Source: Basidiobolus meristosporus CBS 931.73 (lineage: Eukaryota; Fungi; Basidiobolomycota). From it: a stretch of DNA of 64,000 bases. The stretch's first letter is position 1, and the number at the start of each line of letters is the position of its first letter. The notes beneath the pieces were generated by a model. It saw only the letters and a list, made by a program, of their open reading frames with translations, was not told where the DNA came from and ran no database searches. Below, piece after piece: positions 12,401 to 27,953 of this stretch. Location of the stretch: the NCBI GenBank assembly GCA_002104905.1, contig MCFE01000055.1, positions 124,001 to 188,000 of the forward strand. Direction: 5' to 3'. Both the position numbers and the translations under genes were made by a program.

Positions 12401-14013
12401 TATCCACTTGAGCATCTATACTGTAGAATAAATTAAACTCAGTTGCGCATTTTATTCAAGTCCCTTGAATCAGAATAGTGCAGTTTTATGGATACCCACT
12501 TAGTAGTAGATGCGGCAGTGAGCTTGGTCTTTGAAATGCTGGTTAAGGCACAGCCCTTAGAATCCATAAGAGATCTTTTGCAACCACTGGATCCAAACTG
12601 GCATATGCCTGGAACAGAAATGTGGAAGGGGCATACAGAGTATAGATCTACTTTACTGCTGGGGGCGCTGAAAACTAAGAAGCTGTAGTGGCATACTTAA
12701 CAGAGGCCTCGATGACCTGTTCTCAATAGTGTTGGCTTTCGATTAAAGGCGACTATTATAGATATTAAACTTCGTCCATAGCTATTCACTAGTTTGAATC
12801 GTGATTACTATATCATTAGAAAATTAGCTATAGGCTTCAAAATACTTTTGAGTGATGCCCAAAAGACACAAGGTTGCCCAGACAATCCAAGCTTCGCACA
12901 TCTTTCTAAAATCTTCCACGACGATAACTTTTTCACTCGTAATAGCACTCGTAATTCAATTCACTTGGCCCCATTCTACCCGTAATAATCAGGTTGCCCA
13001 TCTTAGAAATAAGGAACCTTATACAAATTTTTTGGCATTTCTGATGGTGCCAATTTTTTGAGCCACATTCACTACCGCTGCAATGTGCTAGCAAACTATT
13101 CCATCTGTATCTCATTCCGGATTATGAAATTTACGCACACAACCTGGAGCTTAGAAATATATAAAGTGCTTTAATTCATACCATGGTGTGGTAGATATAT
13201 GAGTGGGTGTGAGAAAAATATGCACAAGGATTGGTGTATTTTTTAATCTCCACAATTAATTCCAACCTGAGAAAGTATACAATGAGCTATATGGTAAAAC
13301 AAGTGTGATGCTAAAAAGTCACAGCCAAGGGTGTTGTAACAAGTATCATATATTAGTAGTGGCTTATTGAAGATATTCACGTAAAACTATACAAATATTT
13401 CCAAGGCTTCCTATTACTCCATACTGTCAGTATTCGAAACAACAGTCAACTTGGTACTTGTCATGGTCTCTTTAGGTATTTGCAATATATCCGGTTGGCC
13501 TTGAGCCCTTATGCTTGATCATTGATTATTTCAGTTAAAGGAAACCAATACGGGGGTTCATTCAATGCTTTTTGTTTTCCAGAAATTTGCTCAGTCTTTC
13601 CTCTCATTACATGTTGATTTATAATGTTGGCGAGACATCACCAAGCATTGATGAACCTGTCTCATACTCGCCCAGATTGCGCGCTTACACCTCTAGCAAC
13701 AATCAAAACGCTGAAAACGAAACAATAACTCAGAGAACCCAAAAATGAAGTGGTATGATTTTACGATGAAATCTAATGTGCTACTCTTTCCCTAAACCAG
13801 GTTCTGGCAAGGAACATCCGCAATATGGCTTATAAACAACTCCAAGCACCTGAATCCTGACATGTTTAAGAATTCACAAGTGAACATCATGAAAGCAAGA
13901 ATTTTGGAACCATGTGTTACTGGGATGAACGAATTGCATTAGCCAATTTCGTCGGGTTTATTTCGATATACTTGTGACTATCCATTGAATCGATCAAGTG
14001 CCATAGGCCAGGC

Positions 14014-14160
14014 TCACATACTCATGCATTCATAGTTGTTTTGTTTGGCAACCATGCACATTTTTGGTGCGCGACAGTTTTGTTCACATTGTGCCTTAGT
14101 AAGAGCGCTTACACTGACAGCGGCAAGAGTAACAAGAGTCAAGACGAGAGTGAAACGCAT
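14014..14160 (-). CDS. Small secreted cysteine-containing peptide (48 aa if unspliced)
   Basis: MRFTLVLTLVTLAAVSVSA-LTKAQCEQNCRAPKMCMVAKQNNYECMSM*. Classic signal peptide, 4 Cys, TATAAA about 85 bp upstream. A GTATGT donor just before the stop may extend it. Confidence 0.65.
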   Translation of the reverse strand: MRFTLVLTLVTLAAVSVSALTKAQCEQNCRAPKMCMVAKQNNYECMSM

Positions 14161-15711
14161 TCTGAAGACGATTGGAGCTTGCTAGGGTAAGGCTGAGAGA
14201 GGTAGCTGCTTGATAATGCTCTAATGTGTTAACTGTGATGAATTTATAGAGACTAGAAAACCCCTGAATGCATTTTTGAGTGTGTTGCTTGTGGTAGCTG
14301 CGTATCTACATGCACACCTGATTCTCTGAGCTGGATAATATAAGACTATCCTATGATTGATACATACAAGACTTATCAAGTCCTATTTACATTGTCTACG
14401 ATATAATAGTCATCTTGGATGCCTCAGAATATGCTGTCTATAGCCTATGCTTCGATCTCGGCTTTAAGATGGCGTCAGATGGTCTCATTTTGGGTATCAT
14501 AAATCAGGGGCCATATAAGAACAGCCAGCCCTGCATGGTATGGTAGATTTTTACTAAGATGACCAGGAATTCTAGACAACGATTCTCAGGCTTGAGAATA
14601 GGCAAGCTATGGTTGTTGTATCACAGTTATTTGGGGGGAAGCATCGTAACCTTACGAATCCTAGCTCCTTCCCTCTTGCCCCCTGATCCCCATATTATTA
14701 TGATACATTGATCACATCTAGGCAGAATCACTAGCCATGTAGCCAACGATGATTGGTAATGAATGCTCTGCATTGTTTGGAAGTGCCATCGGTATAATAC
14801 ATAGATACTTCTTTAATGCAGGTACCCACCCCTTCACCGATCTCCCAACATCGCAATCTTGTGTATCACTTATACGTGGCATTTTATATGACCTGAGACT
14901 TGCACTCTGGATCAGTCAGTGATAGGTGCTTTTACCTATCGAACAATGGAGGAAAAATAGAGACCAACTGATCCGGCTGCTCATTATATCTGCTTAGCCC
15001 TGAAGTTGTTATATCGGCCTGAGGATACAGCTACATTTGTCCAAGTCAAAACGGGCTCGCCAAAGCAGCAGGAACATGGTCGATATAAAGGTCATAATCA
15101 ACCATATGGTACTGGGCTAATGCGTGGGTGCTTCACACACAAGAGTTTTACCTGCTCCATGTCGAGTCTACGGCTAGGATATAAACATGATGTCGCCTCC
15201 AGGGAAAACAAGGTATTCTAGTCCAAAATCACAGACTGTGTAAGGTTAGCCAGAGTAAGTGTCATCACAATGCTGGTTCAATAAATATTCCACCATTACG
15301 AATGATGCCACAATTATTGGTGATCCACAGTTAGCCGCTTAGTCAGGTGGAGATTCTTTTCAAATTGGATAATTCACCCATAGCCTGCAAATGATGGCTG
15401 TTACACTTATGGTAATAGTTTCCTCAATATCGTGCTGATCAATGGATTGGACAAATCATGCTGGCGATTTTTTGTTGGATGAAGCACTCCTCTCCTGGTG
15501 ATGTAATTATGGATCGTGACACTCCAGCATATATTCCAAGTTGGTAGCGTTTTTTTTCAACATCAATAGGTTATGAACGGCCATGATTGGCTAAAATTAG
15601 CCAGATTCGTATTTTTTCTGAGGATGCATTGTGAAATCAATTCAAGGTATATAAGTGTTCAGATGGCCTCTTCTCCAACACACCTTTTTCTGAAGTCTAA
15701 GCCTTTTCGTC

Positions 15712-17058
<1,347 letters not shown>

Positions 17059-17347
17059 GCTGAATTTCATTTCACGGATCCACTATTTATATCGCATCAA
17101 TAAAGTATACTTGTTAAAAAGGGAGATTTGAATGCAGTTGTGGTTAGCAGTGTGACTTTTTGTTTTGCATAAACCTGATATACGTGGTTGACTTCAACAA
17201 TGGCTCGTCTTGCATTAGCTACGAGTACCATCTGATCGCATTTCTACGATTTTGTAATCAAAAACTTGATTTGAACTAGAGGCGTAGTTGGGAAGACGAA
17301 TCCGCGCTGAATATACTGCCGGTTTATTAATTCAACCTTCTGAGAAA

Positions 17348-18612
17348 TCAATTACGCTTGATCTTGATCAGCTGTAGAATTCTCAGTGTGAACCTGAAGA
17401 GGGATTCTTTGGCCATAAACAAGAAAGCAGCAGTTAGGACACTCTGAACCAACTTGTAACATAATCCCTTATAGAGTCCCGCAACGCCTTCATGCTTCAG
17501 TACTTTTCTGAAACCGTCTAATACAGATCTATATCTCTGATTTTCATCGCTTGATTGCTTCAGTTGCATGCGTGATTTGATCACGATGTAGGGGTAGGTG
17601 AGACTTGTAGCTATTAGTTTACTGAAAGCCCCAAGGAGGAAGAAATCCAAGTTACCCAGAACACCGTTATGCATCATTAGCCAATTTTTGGCCTGCTCAA
17701 ATATTGTGTACTGGATCACTGGATTAATCACCAGATAAAGAGCCGGAATGAGACCCTGCCACAAAGAAAAGATGCCATCCTCCTTAACAATGTGAGCCAA
17801 CGTATCAATGGCTCCCATCCGGTGAGTCTCACCTTCCTCATTGGTGAACGTTTTCTTGGTTATCAACCGTGTCTGTCGAAAGCCGGTCAGCGCCCAGTAC
17901 ATGTTACTAGGAGGCAAATCAACTTACATTCACCACCCATATGGGATTAGTAGTGATACAGGTGGCAGCGCCTAAGGTGAAGATGCGTTAATAGATCGGC
18001 TGGCGCTCCCAATGTACGTCAGCTCTATTACCAGCAAGTGCGCCTGCAATCATACTCTGTCCAGTGGTCAAGGTGCTGCCCTTAGTAGTCTTCTCGAATC
18101 CCGACTTGGTCCATTCATAAAAGAAATAATATATCCCTAATCACAGGGTTGTTAGTTCAATGCGCGGCATAACTAGATTTAAAGAATATGCACCATTGGT
18201 CAGAGCAATACCAAAAAGAGCAGAGTTCAAACCACTAGATGAACCTCGTCAATCAGCCGCTCAACAAGATTAATCAAACTACAATTGGTGGATAGTGAAA
18301 CTTACGAGTAAAACCCCGCGACTCCCTCGTTCTTCGCAATTTTTTCAAAGGCATCAACGCCATCCTACGTTGCAGGTTTATTTCGATCCTTGCAATCTAG
18401 TGTCGAAACCAAAGATATACCTTATACGAATCTGGACTGGTGGTATCCTTCTCTACTTGTAGCCTCGAGCTAATGCTGACTAAAGGGTAGGTAAGCAGCA
18501 TCGAGATGATGCCGCCGCCAGCACCTATGGACAAATTGTTACCTCATGATTGACTAGCACATCATACTATCCCATGCTAACCGGCTAAAGCGTGAACGAT
18601 GTTGTCCGGCAT
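17348..18612 (-). CDS. Peroxisomal adenine-nucleotide/CoA carrier (PMP47/SLC25A17-like)
   Basis: MPDNIVHALAG..., MLLTYPL, LWQGLIPALYLVINPVIQYTIFEQ, TSLTYPYIVIKSRMQ. Three carrier repeats over several exons. Confidence 0.85.
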
Positions 18613-19161
18613 GTTGAAAATATATTGCTTTTACAACAGAAATCCATAGAATGGGCATGTCCTTTTATATAAGCAGTTGGATGCAGTCGTAAATGCTATG
18701 ACATAAAATCCCTGGAGTGTTCCAATGTCCCTAACTCATCATTTATCGTGCGAAATCAGGGTATTGTAAGTAGCTACCTTCTATGTCCCCTAATCCCTTC
18801 GAGAAAAGACAGGTTGCTGAGTATTGCTCATTATTGTCACTCTCTTTGTCTGGGCATGTAAATACCAGATCATCGGTGTCAGCGGTCGGTTGGCTCGTGC
18901 AGGCTCAACTGTGTCAGCATATGTGCTTGTATCCAACTATCTGAATTGGTCAGTTGATACCATTCAATCCCGTCGAACTTCTGTTCACAGCCACGTGGGT
19001 CAATCTAAATAGAAAGTACAAACGCCAATTGCTGCCGTTTCATAGTTGCAGGGAGAGTTATGGAGTCACTGCATATGCATAAAATTTATTCGATCCTCTC
19101 GGAATAATGGATATTCCAAGGCGCGGGATTTGCTATTGTTCTCAACTATACTAGTGATCGT

Positions 19162-21091
19162 TCACATGACAAACAAAGTGTTCATGTCCATAGGTCTGCC
19201 TGTAGACATCTGCGGGATCTGAGAATATTTTCCTTTAAGAATATCTCGTAGTTGTTTTAACAGCTGTGTATAGGTTAGGTTGCTATTTTGAGATAGCGCG
19301 CTAATAAGTGCATGGCTCATTGCGCCTGTGGCTTGATTGTCAATAATAGCATCAGCCGATGTCTACACAAGTTGCATTAGCTTTTGGTTGGTGTTCACAA
19401 TGCTCTGCTAAAGGTTACCTGGTTGTCCCGACATCCAGAGAATTGAATGACATCAGCGTTTGACTTCTTTTCTTCCTCGGCTTTTTTCTGCGCCTCTTTA
19501 TTTGGCTTAGGTCTGAAGAGGAATGATACTCCTTCCTTGACAAGCCCTATAGCTCCTGCCCTGTCACCTGAGTGCAAAGAAAAACCTGTTAACGGAGTAG
19601 ACGCTTCATTGAAGCTATCATTTCGTTACCTCTGCTATATGAAAGTCCAGCTTTTAAGAGGGCCATGGCGGCCTCCTTTCGATTGTCTTGACAGGCGACT
19701 TCTATTTCCCCATCGCACGTGTACGTAAATGGGAGGTCCATTACAGTACCACTGTGGCAACAATCGAATATAGCTGTTAGGCGAACTCCAGCGGGGAGGT
19801 GTTTAACACAAATTGCATGAATTTCCTGGTAAGAAAAGGTCAATAATGGCCCCTAACAAATTAATTGAAAGCTCGTATCTACATCATCAACAATCACTCC
19901 AGCACTTTCATGATCAACGGGATAGATTGTTTCGTCAAATCCGTCAACCTCGTCTCCATCTTTAGCACGGAAGCAACAATATCACTTCAGAAACTGCTCA
20001 CGCTATTAAGACCAGAAAGAATTACCTTCATCTTCAATGGATCCACCATGACCTAACAACAACCTGTTACTCTACAAACTCAAAACAATGCATATCGAAT
20101 CCTTGTACCAGAAAAATGCAAAAAGAGGGAATCGCCCATCGCTGCTCCTTCCACCAACCAATGCAGCCCTTGGATGATGTTCTGTCGGGTGGGAATTCTA
20201 CTTGGGTCTTTCTGGTCATCCGTAAGAATAATGCTAGTTTGCTCGCTAAAGCCATAACGACTGAAAACGAAATTTTTGACGTTATGCACATCATTGATGC
20301 AGCCCCGCAGCTCTGCGCTGCTTCCAAAGTAATTGATCCCAATGAATAAAGCCCTTTTCCGACCGCTATGCAGGCATACGTTAGTATGGTATCCAGCTTG
20401 AATACGAGGAGCAAACTCACCGGCAATTTGAGACGGATATGCTTTCACCGTGAACCTGTCCTTGATAAGCACCACCTTGGTTATGGCCTTGCACGAAGTT
20501 GGTGTTCGCGGGAGCAATCGAGTGACCCTGGCCGTCGTTTAAGGGCTCTCCTTGGCTATATGGAAGCCGATTGGAATCGGGGCCTTGGTAGAATGGTTGT
20601 GGTTGATTGAATTGTTGGTCTTGGTTGTATTGAACTGGTTGATTCTGTCTTGGAGCCTGGTTATATTGTAGACCTTGATTGTAATGCTGACTTGGTGTAT
20701 AATCCTGTGGTTGATTATACAGCTGTCCTCGGTTATAAACTTCAGGCTGGGTATATTGTGGTCCTTGAGTGGTCTGATACGGCTGATTGTATTCCTGCCC
20801 TTGGGTATACTGATGCGGTTGGCTGTATTGTTGTCCTTGGTTGTGCTGGTATTGCTGATGGTACTGTTGGTCTTGGGGATACTGTTGGCCTGGGTATTGT
20901 TGCTGTTGATAGTTGCCGTAGTTGTACTGAGGTTGTTCCTGAGGTTGCTGGTAATTCGAGTTGCTATTGTGTGGGCTGAAAGCTTGAGCTTCTTGTTTAT
21001 TACCACCAAAATACTGTTGATTTTGTTGGACAAACCGTGAAGCCTTTTCTTTCAGCTTGTTTTCTAGCACAGCTCCTAACTTCTCAAACAT
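19162..21091 (-). CDS. MCA1: Type I metacaspase with Q/N/Y-rich prodomain
   Basis: GRKRALFIGINY, LRGCINDV, LFLHFSG(H), AIFDCCHSGTVMDLP (catalytic Cys), QFSGCRDNQ|TSADA, QIPQMSTGRPMDMN. Stop at 19162. Confidence 0.93.
20579..20848 (-). repeat. About 15 degenerate 18-bp (hexapeptide xY[N/T]Q[G/P]x) coding repeats in the metacaspase prodomain
   Basis: QHNQGQ QYSQPH QYTQGQ EYNQPY QTTQGP QYTQPE VYNRGQ LYNQPQ DYTPSQ HYNQGL QYNQAP RQNQPV QYNQDQ QFNQPQ, read from ORF 20417-21091. Confidence 0.8.
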
Positions 21092-21978
21092 TAGTACAAG
21101 AACAAATCGCCCGGATGGGTCTAAACATTAACACATGTTAAATAGATGAAATTCTCCTCAGCCTCCCTGACTGGTTTCTCGAGGCCAATATTCCACTGAT
21201 CTCGGATTTATCAGCCAAATGGCATTCAACAGCAATACTCGGTTCCATCTGGAAAATTCTGATCACTTGTACTTCCCAAATATAGATTTATCACATTTTA
21301 TCGATATGGGACTTCGTTGCACCGGTGGCTATGCATACCAACCTAATGTTAGATTCCAAGGTGTATAGAGGCTGTGTACGCTGAACTGACCAAAGGCTTC
21401 TCCAACCAGAAGATGATGTCATGGCGAATTCCATAGATATATCTGACATGGGCGGCCAGTAGATGCAAATTTCAACAGCAAAGCTGATTTGAATATTTGG
21501 ATTTTTTGTTGTACCTGAACATTTTGGTAATCGCCATGTTGTGTAACACACGCATCGCCAACAAATAAACAAAACAGGTTCGTACTGCTTTCCTCCATGC
21601 TAGTGTAACCCATTTTAAAGCCGACTCTTTACTGTCTATTAGCTGCTACTTGGTAGGTGTAATACTGATAGGTCTGTATTGATTGGATTCATGTGATGGT
21701 CAACTATACATAAAGATTAAGATGATAGCATGCTTGCAATCGTTCAAATCTAGCTCCCAAGTCTCACATTGCTGTCACTAGAAATGAATCGTTTGTCAAG
21801 ATGTTGATAATAAATAGGAATAAGGTCAAGTTCCTATTTATCCTGCGGAAACGTAGTGGACTTGAAGATTTGTAAACTATCTCAATGGATTGTGAGTAGG
21901 TAGAATATTAACAAGAATAAATAATTGGCGAAAGCACAGACATGCAAAGAAATTGAGGGGATACTCTATCTTTGCCAT

Positions 21979-24799
21979 TCACCGAAACTCCCAAGGCTCC
22001 AGTTCCCCCGTATCTTTGTTCATGACCACTATGGCACTGACACATTTTTCCTTCCTACGCAGAGATTTCACTTTTTCTTGATTTAAGGCATTGTCTACTT
22101 TCGGAAGTTGTGGTGGGAGTCTCGGAGAGAGCACTGATTTGGGGCCCAATGGAGTCTCAGGTGGGGAAGCAGTCAAAGGAGTTGCCATGGAGTTTCTTTT
22201 GGCCTTTTTACCTCGGGGGAAGTATCCTGTTAATTTCGAAGTGAAAGAGCTTGACTCCAGATTGATCGGAGTTTCTTCTTTACCCTCAGGGATTGAAGGT
22301 GATCGCGTAAAGAAGTTCGAAGTGGTGGGTGTGGTGGGTGAAGAGTTTGTAGAGCCTGGGAGTCTCCAGCTCCAACCATCTAAACTTCTTCTAGTAGAAG
22401 ATTGGCGCTCCAATTTTTTCTTGGTTCCAAACAAATGCTGCTCTGTGGATGCAGCCTGTGTTGGTGTCGTAGCTTCATTGACGATGTCAGAAGGCTTATC
22501 AAGGACCTGATGCGCGTTAGACCCTAGCATCAATCTTCGCAACCCGCTTAGCTGTTTGTTTAGCTTCTCCTTCTCTGACTCTGCTTCCGCGAGAGCTAAT
22601 TTGGCTGCCACAAGCTCTTGTTCAAGACGTGCAACGGATTCGCCTTTCAAGCTTAATTCTTCACGGTATTTCTCTTCTTGGAGCTCTATATCACGAATAT
22701 GTCCACGCAATTCGTCATTCTCTTCTTCAATACAAAACTTCGACGCTTTAATCGAGATGAGCTCTGATGTAAGGTGGGTGTTGTCCTCACGCAGCTGCCC
22801 TATTGCGGTGATGTATGTCTCAGTAGTGACCCTCAAATTATGCAACTCCAACCTCATGTTCTCGGTTTCTGAGGTTGGGTCAGTGGCAACAGGCGTCGCA
22901 CTTGCATTTGGGCTTCCGAGGTTACTGGAAGTGCTCTGAGGCGTCTCGGGTGGTTGGCCCACACTAAGCCCTTTTACCATCCATCCCCATCCTTTTTTCT
23001 TGACTTTTTTTTCAGATCCGGTGTTATTGTCACAGGTGTATTTTTGCGCCAAAGCGTCCAGCTTCTCTTTGGTGATTGTCTGACTTAAAGACATCGCATC
23101 TTGGATCAGCTCAGTAGCGTTGGCAAAGGTATCGAATAGATGAGAACTCAAAAATCCAATAATATCCTCGAATTCCTCCATGGCCAGAAGTTTGTCCTGG
23201 TTGCACTTCAAAAGAGCTAAAGAGATTCGCATGATTGTCTCCGGAGCCCCTTCAGCAAATACTATATCAAAGATGCGTAAAACCAATTGCAAGGGGTAGC
23301 TATATGCAAACAGAGTCAAGAACCACTGGGATGCGAACATCCCGGTATTGATACCATGTTCTTGGAAGTGACGAAATAGGTCGGGGAGAATGGAGGATAA
23401 CAGAGAGTTTAACTGATACAACCGAAGCTCCAAGCCTTCCATCTTCTCAGTAAACATCGACCTCATATCATAATCTTCCATCAGTCTGCAAAGAAATGAA
23501 TTTAGATAAACAACTCTTAATCTCGGTTCAGGAACTCGAATATCCTAGGTACCTGACAAACACGCAAAAGGCTTCGCACTCTGGCATGTTCATTAGTAAT
23601 GGGCCAACAAGAAACCCAAGTCCCTGACAATAGCCTACACCATCGTCATAGATTGAATACGCTTTCATCACATTGAACAATCTGGTTTGGCCTATGCCAT
23701 TTTCATCTTTAAACATCTCGAGCCTGGGGAATGTTCGTGGAAGATCTCGCATGATGATCCTTTCATACGGACTGGATTCCAACAATAGCTGGTTATACAT
23801 AGTTTCGAGGTATGTGGAGCGGCCTTGGCACATGGTCTGCCATAGTATACCACGGAGCCTTCCAGGAATCCCTGCTCTGATCTTGGCAGTCAATAGATAT
23901 GGAGTTTTGGATGCAATAATTGAATAATCCTCCACTAAGGAAGTCCAGAATTCCAAATCGGCAATTCCATCGGAGTGGCCATCCAATACTGAGATCTCTT
24001 CGCTGGCTTTTTCACCTTCAGCAGTGAATTCAGGGTCGATATCACTTGATTCAGTTAACGAAGGAGTAGTGGGAGATTTGCTACTCCCTACAGACTCGGT
24101 GTCTGTATTGGCAAGATCCTCCTCTAAGCCCAATATACTTTCGGATGTCGGTGTCGTGGTCGGCACAGTAAGTGACTCTAGAACAGCGAGAGTGGCTTTA
24201 ACTCCATCCCGATGCATACATACAGATTTCGGATCGTTGCTAAATTGGTCGTTGAGCTTCTCCAGCCTAGCGAGTAAAAACTCAGTAGTATCGATATCTG
24301 AATGCTGCATCTCTGTGTCCCGTCGTTCGAATTTTTTTAGCAATCGGGAGCTCATTTCTGGCGTACTAGGTCTACCTCTTGGTGATGGACTTCTACGCCA
24401 ATTTCTGTCAATCCTGTGAAAAGCGCGGTCAACTGGAGTGGAACATCGGGTCTGGCTTTGGGGTATCTCTAATCTTCCGCCAGAATTGCCTGAAACTTCT
24501 TTATGCTGTTCTATTTTTACAAGTTCCCTCTTGACATATTCGCTGGAAGGGAGCATTGATTTAATTTTGATACTTATTTCATCCTCATAATCCAGGGATG
24601 TTTGGTCCCTCCAACGACATGGTCTGGTTGGAGAGCTTTGCAGACTTGACTGCTTGGGATGAAGTCGATTAGCTAACATACTCATCCCAGGATGAAGTTC
24701 CTCTTCTTCCTGTAGGTACATGTTTGAATACAAGTCAGCTTCAGGTTCACTCTCGAGTTCATACTGTATACGTGATGGAGTCAGTTTGTCTGGTGACAT
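21979..24799 (-). CDS. TBC-domain Rab GTPase-activating protein (EVI5/Gyp5-like) with coiled coil
   Basis: IRAGIPGRLRGILWQ, IMRDLPRTFP, VGYCQGLGF (TBC R and Q fingers), MFASQWFLTLFAY. Intron 23552-23486. Confidence 0.9.
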
Positions 24800-27700
24800 G
24801 CCAGCTTGCTTTCTTGAGAACAGTTTTCAAAATACGAAGGGGAAGGCGGCAGTAAAAATCAAGAGTAGGTAGAGAAGAGGGGTGCAATAATGAAGCGACT
24901 ATCGATATCTAATAACATCTGCAACGACCATGCGGGTTTCAAAACAAGTTTACACTTCTACCTCAAGTGCTGTACATCCCGGTGGTACATATTTAAGATC
25001 CTGATAAAAGTTAATATCTAATAAGGAATAACCTAAAAAGATAGTACTCATTATATTTACGAATCGGATCCTCTAGTAACATACTACAATGTATTCAGGG
25101 CATGTTCAAAGTGTGCAATTTAATATCATTCTAGGCTCTTATTTGTGAAGGAGGGTAGAGCTAAAAATGGGCACTTGCTATTCTGGTCGGGGATCACAAT
25201 TAAAATCCACCTTCTATGCGTAGATTCTAATCTAACCATAACCATTCATACAGCATTCAATTGATCTTAAATATCTTTATTCCCCGGCCCATCTTGTCAC
25301 CGACAGTAGCACACATTACCAATATGCAAACCAGGTGCATATTGGAATTGCATTTCAATTGCTGCCAAAATACAAAGGATAGTGCACACTCCTGTACGAT
25401 GAATACAATGGTTCAGGCGAGTTATGGAAGCAGCCTCACTTCGCTGCATATTATACGTTCAAGTTTATTAGAATCTGTGCTCCCAGAGGCTGCACTTTAT
25501 GAGGGTCAGCCTCCATGCCTGCCATTCTTTTTAGCGTACAGATTAGCGAATATCTCCTATCGAGCACATCGAATGCCTACATCCCAAAAGAGTATTTTCG
25601 CGATATGTTTACTATCACATTTCCAGATGGATATCAGCAGTCCTTACTGGTTAACTGATGCACAAAGGTATTCTTAATTTCACCTGAGTATTTCGAGCAT
25701 CGGCGAGCTTGGTAAGTTATGGTCACCTTCACAGAGGGTCGAAATGTCGCACCAGGGACATTAGTTGTAAAGGTGGTTAGAATCAGGTGGGAATTTCCTG
25801 GGGGCTATTCTAAATAACCCTATATCAATTTACAATACGATTAAGCTTATTCACCGCTTTTGCAATCCAAACTCAGAGGACACTTTATGCGATATTACTT
25901 AACAACAATTATGTATTAATGCAATAAATAATGCCTCGATATCAGGCTTCGCGAAGGAAGTTCAAAATATCCGGTATTCAACTAGCCCAAGCCCATATTT
26001 GAAGTTTATTAAAAGACTATATTTGGCAGGATCGGTAAATTAGATAGTTCAGAATGATGTCCATCCAAGCTACGCAAATGCCGTCAATGATTACTGGGAA
26101 CCCTTTATGCACACTTAATGATGTACAGATTCAGAGGGAATCTTTTTGGAATATCCCGTTTGTTCAAGTCACAACTAAGTAGATTGGGGCTAGATTCTTC
26201 TGAACGTGTTGGTGCAGTTAACAGGGTTAGAGTGCTTGCTTGGTGGTAGAGCTGTTGATAATGTTGAGCCTTCAAGCATCAGGTAATTTATGCATATGCA
26301 ACGACCGATTCGCATGCCTCTTCAACATGAAATATTAATTCCATCACTACGTATATCCATGCCTAACCACCCCTTGCGTGGTTCCAACATAGCCAAGGTT
26401 GGTCAGAATGAAGTTTGAAAAAATGATCTGCGTGTCCGGATATCCAACATTCTCTAGAAAAATGGACCTAGCATCAATGATATACAAGGCTGTGGGCTAC
26501 ATCTTAATAAGCTAATCGCAATCTCGTGCATCTTCCTTCGAGATGACGCCTAGAGTCGACAGATAGGCCGGCTTATGATGTTTGCCCTATACTAGGAAGG
26601 CGTCTTGTTGACCAGCGTGAGTTGGCTGGAACCAATTCATCATATGGGAAACTCAGAAGTATGTTGTAAGTAGTGTTTTCAAAATAGGATCAATAGTTTT
26701 GGTGGCATGCCTGTCTCAGATTTTAACTACATCAGTAGTGCCTATGGCGCTTGAGAAATCCAGGAAATAACAGCAATTTACGAGCGGAATCTCTGTGATT
26801 CTAATGCCCTGTTCGTAGATCAGGCCCTATATGTAGATACGCTTATGCCTTGCACTTCACAAGAGCACCTTAGAACTTGATTAATACATGATGATGCTGA
26901 ACTGGTTAGTATTCTTGCAAGGCAGTTTTCTTCGATCACCATAATAATATCGCGCACTCCGATGGCTATCTCAAAAGCAACTGAAGCACAAGATACCCAT
27001 TCTCCCCTCTTAAGTAAAGTTAGGTTTTGCAACTGCAACGTATGTACAGTGAAAGCAGTGGTTAATTTTGCCTACCGTCCCTTGGTTGTTACTGCAATTG
27101 TATCAATTGCCCCTTGTGATGAAGCATAGTAATTGCAATTAATTTTGTCCAACATCCTATGATAATAAAGGGTCCGTCTTCAATGAGTTCGGTGGTAGGT
27201 TTAGGACACTACATATTATTAGTCAATACAATTTGCATATTGATAGAAGCACGCAAGAGGGAGAAATGAATCCGCTTCATACGTTACTAAAAAAGAATTT
27301 GGCCATATGATTAGTATTCTCTTTTTAGTTTGTTTGAATGGGAGTCTGATCTTGGATATTACCGTAACGAAGGCTTTGGCCAATTTGTTCAGCTACGTAC
27401 TGGAGCTTACGATCACATTCAACACTTTTGTGGTTTGCGAGATATGGGTGTGACGGTCCCAAGGTAGAGCTCCTCGAGCGTTAGACTAGTTAGCCATCGT
27501 TTGAAATTCACATTCTCTGTATGTACACTGGTGTCATTATGAGATAAGTAGCATAGCAGATGGAACTGATTTCCTATCACTCCTTGAAATATTATGATCT
27601 TGGCACCAACATGTCGAATCGATTCAAATCAATGAAGAAACCCTGATATTTAAGCACTGTATATTTCATTTCAGAAGTCAGTAGCAACACTCAGGTAACA

Positions 27701-27953
27701 TTGAATACATATTCAAACTTAATTCACCTGTGTGTTACTTGTGATTTATCTTGAATTGGGCTCGACTAAAAATCTCGTTACACACCAACGGCCCCAATTC
27801 TCGAATACTTTGGCCCTTGTTGTTATAGGTGGATATACTGATTCCCTACATATGAAATCTGCCACTCCTCATATATAAACGCTGTCGCAACAGTTCAAAA
27901 TGAAAAAGAAGCTCAGATAGGGGAAGGAAATATTGGCAAGACCATATTCGAAC

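Noticed and set aside
12700-13760. Hydrophobic peptide fragments suggesting a decayed membrane-protein gene
   Set aside because: Could not be joined into a consistent frame or matched to any family.
20539-21040. Long alternative-frame and antisense ORFs over the metacaspase prodomain
   Set aside because: Shadows of the low-complexity Q/N/Y repeat.
25261-27100. ORFs 25261-25677 and 26820-27038 in a 3-kb gene-poor gap
   Set aside because: Non-ATG starts, no motifs, no splice model; left unexplained.
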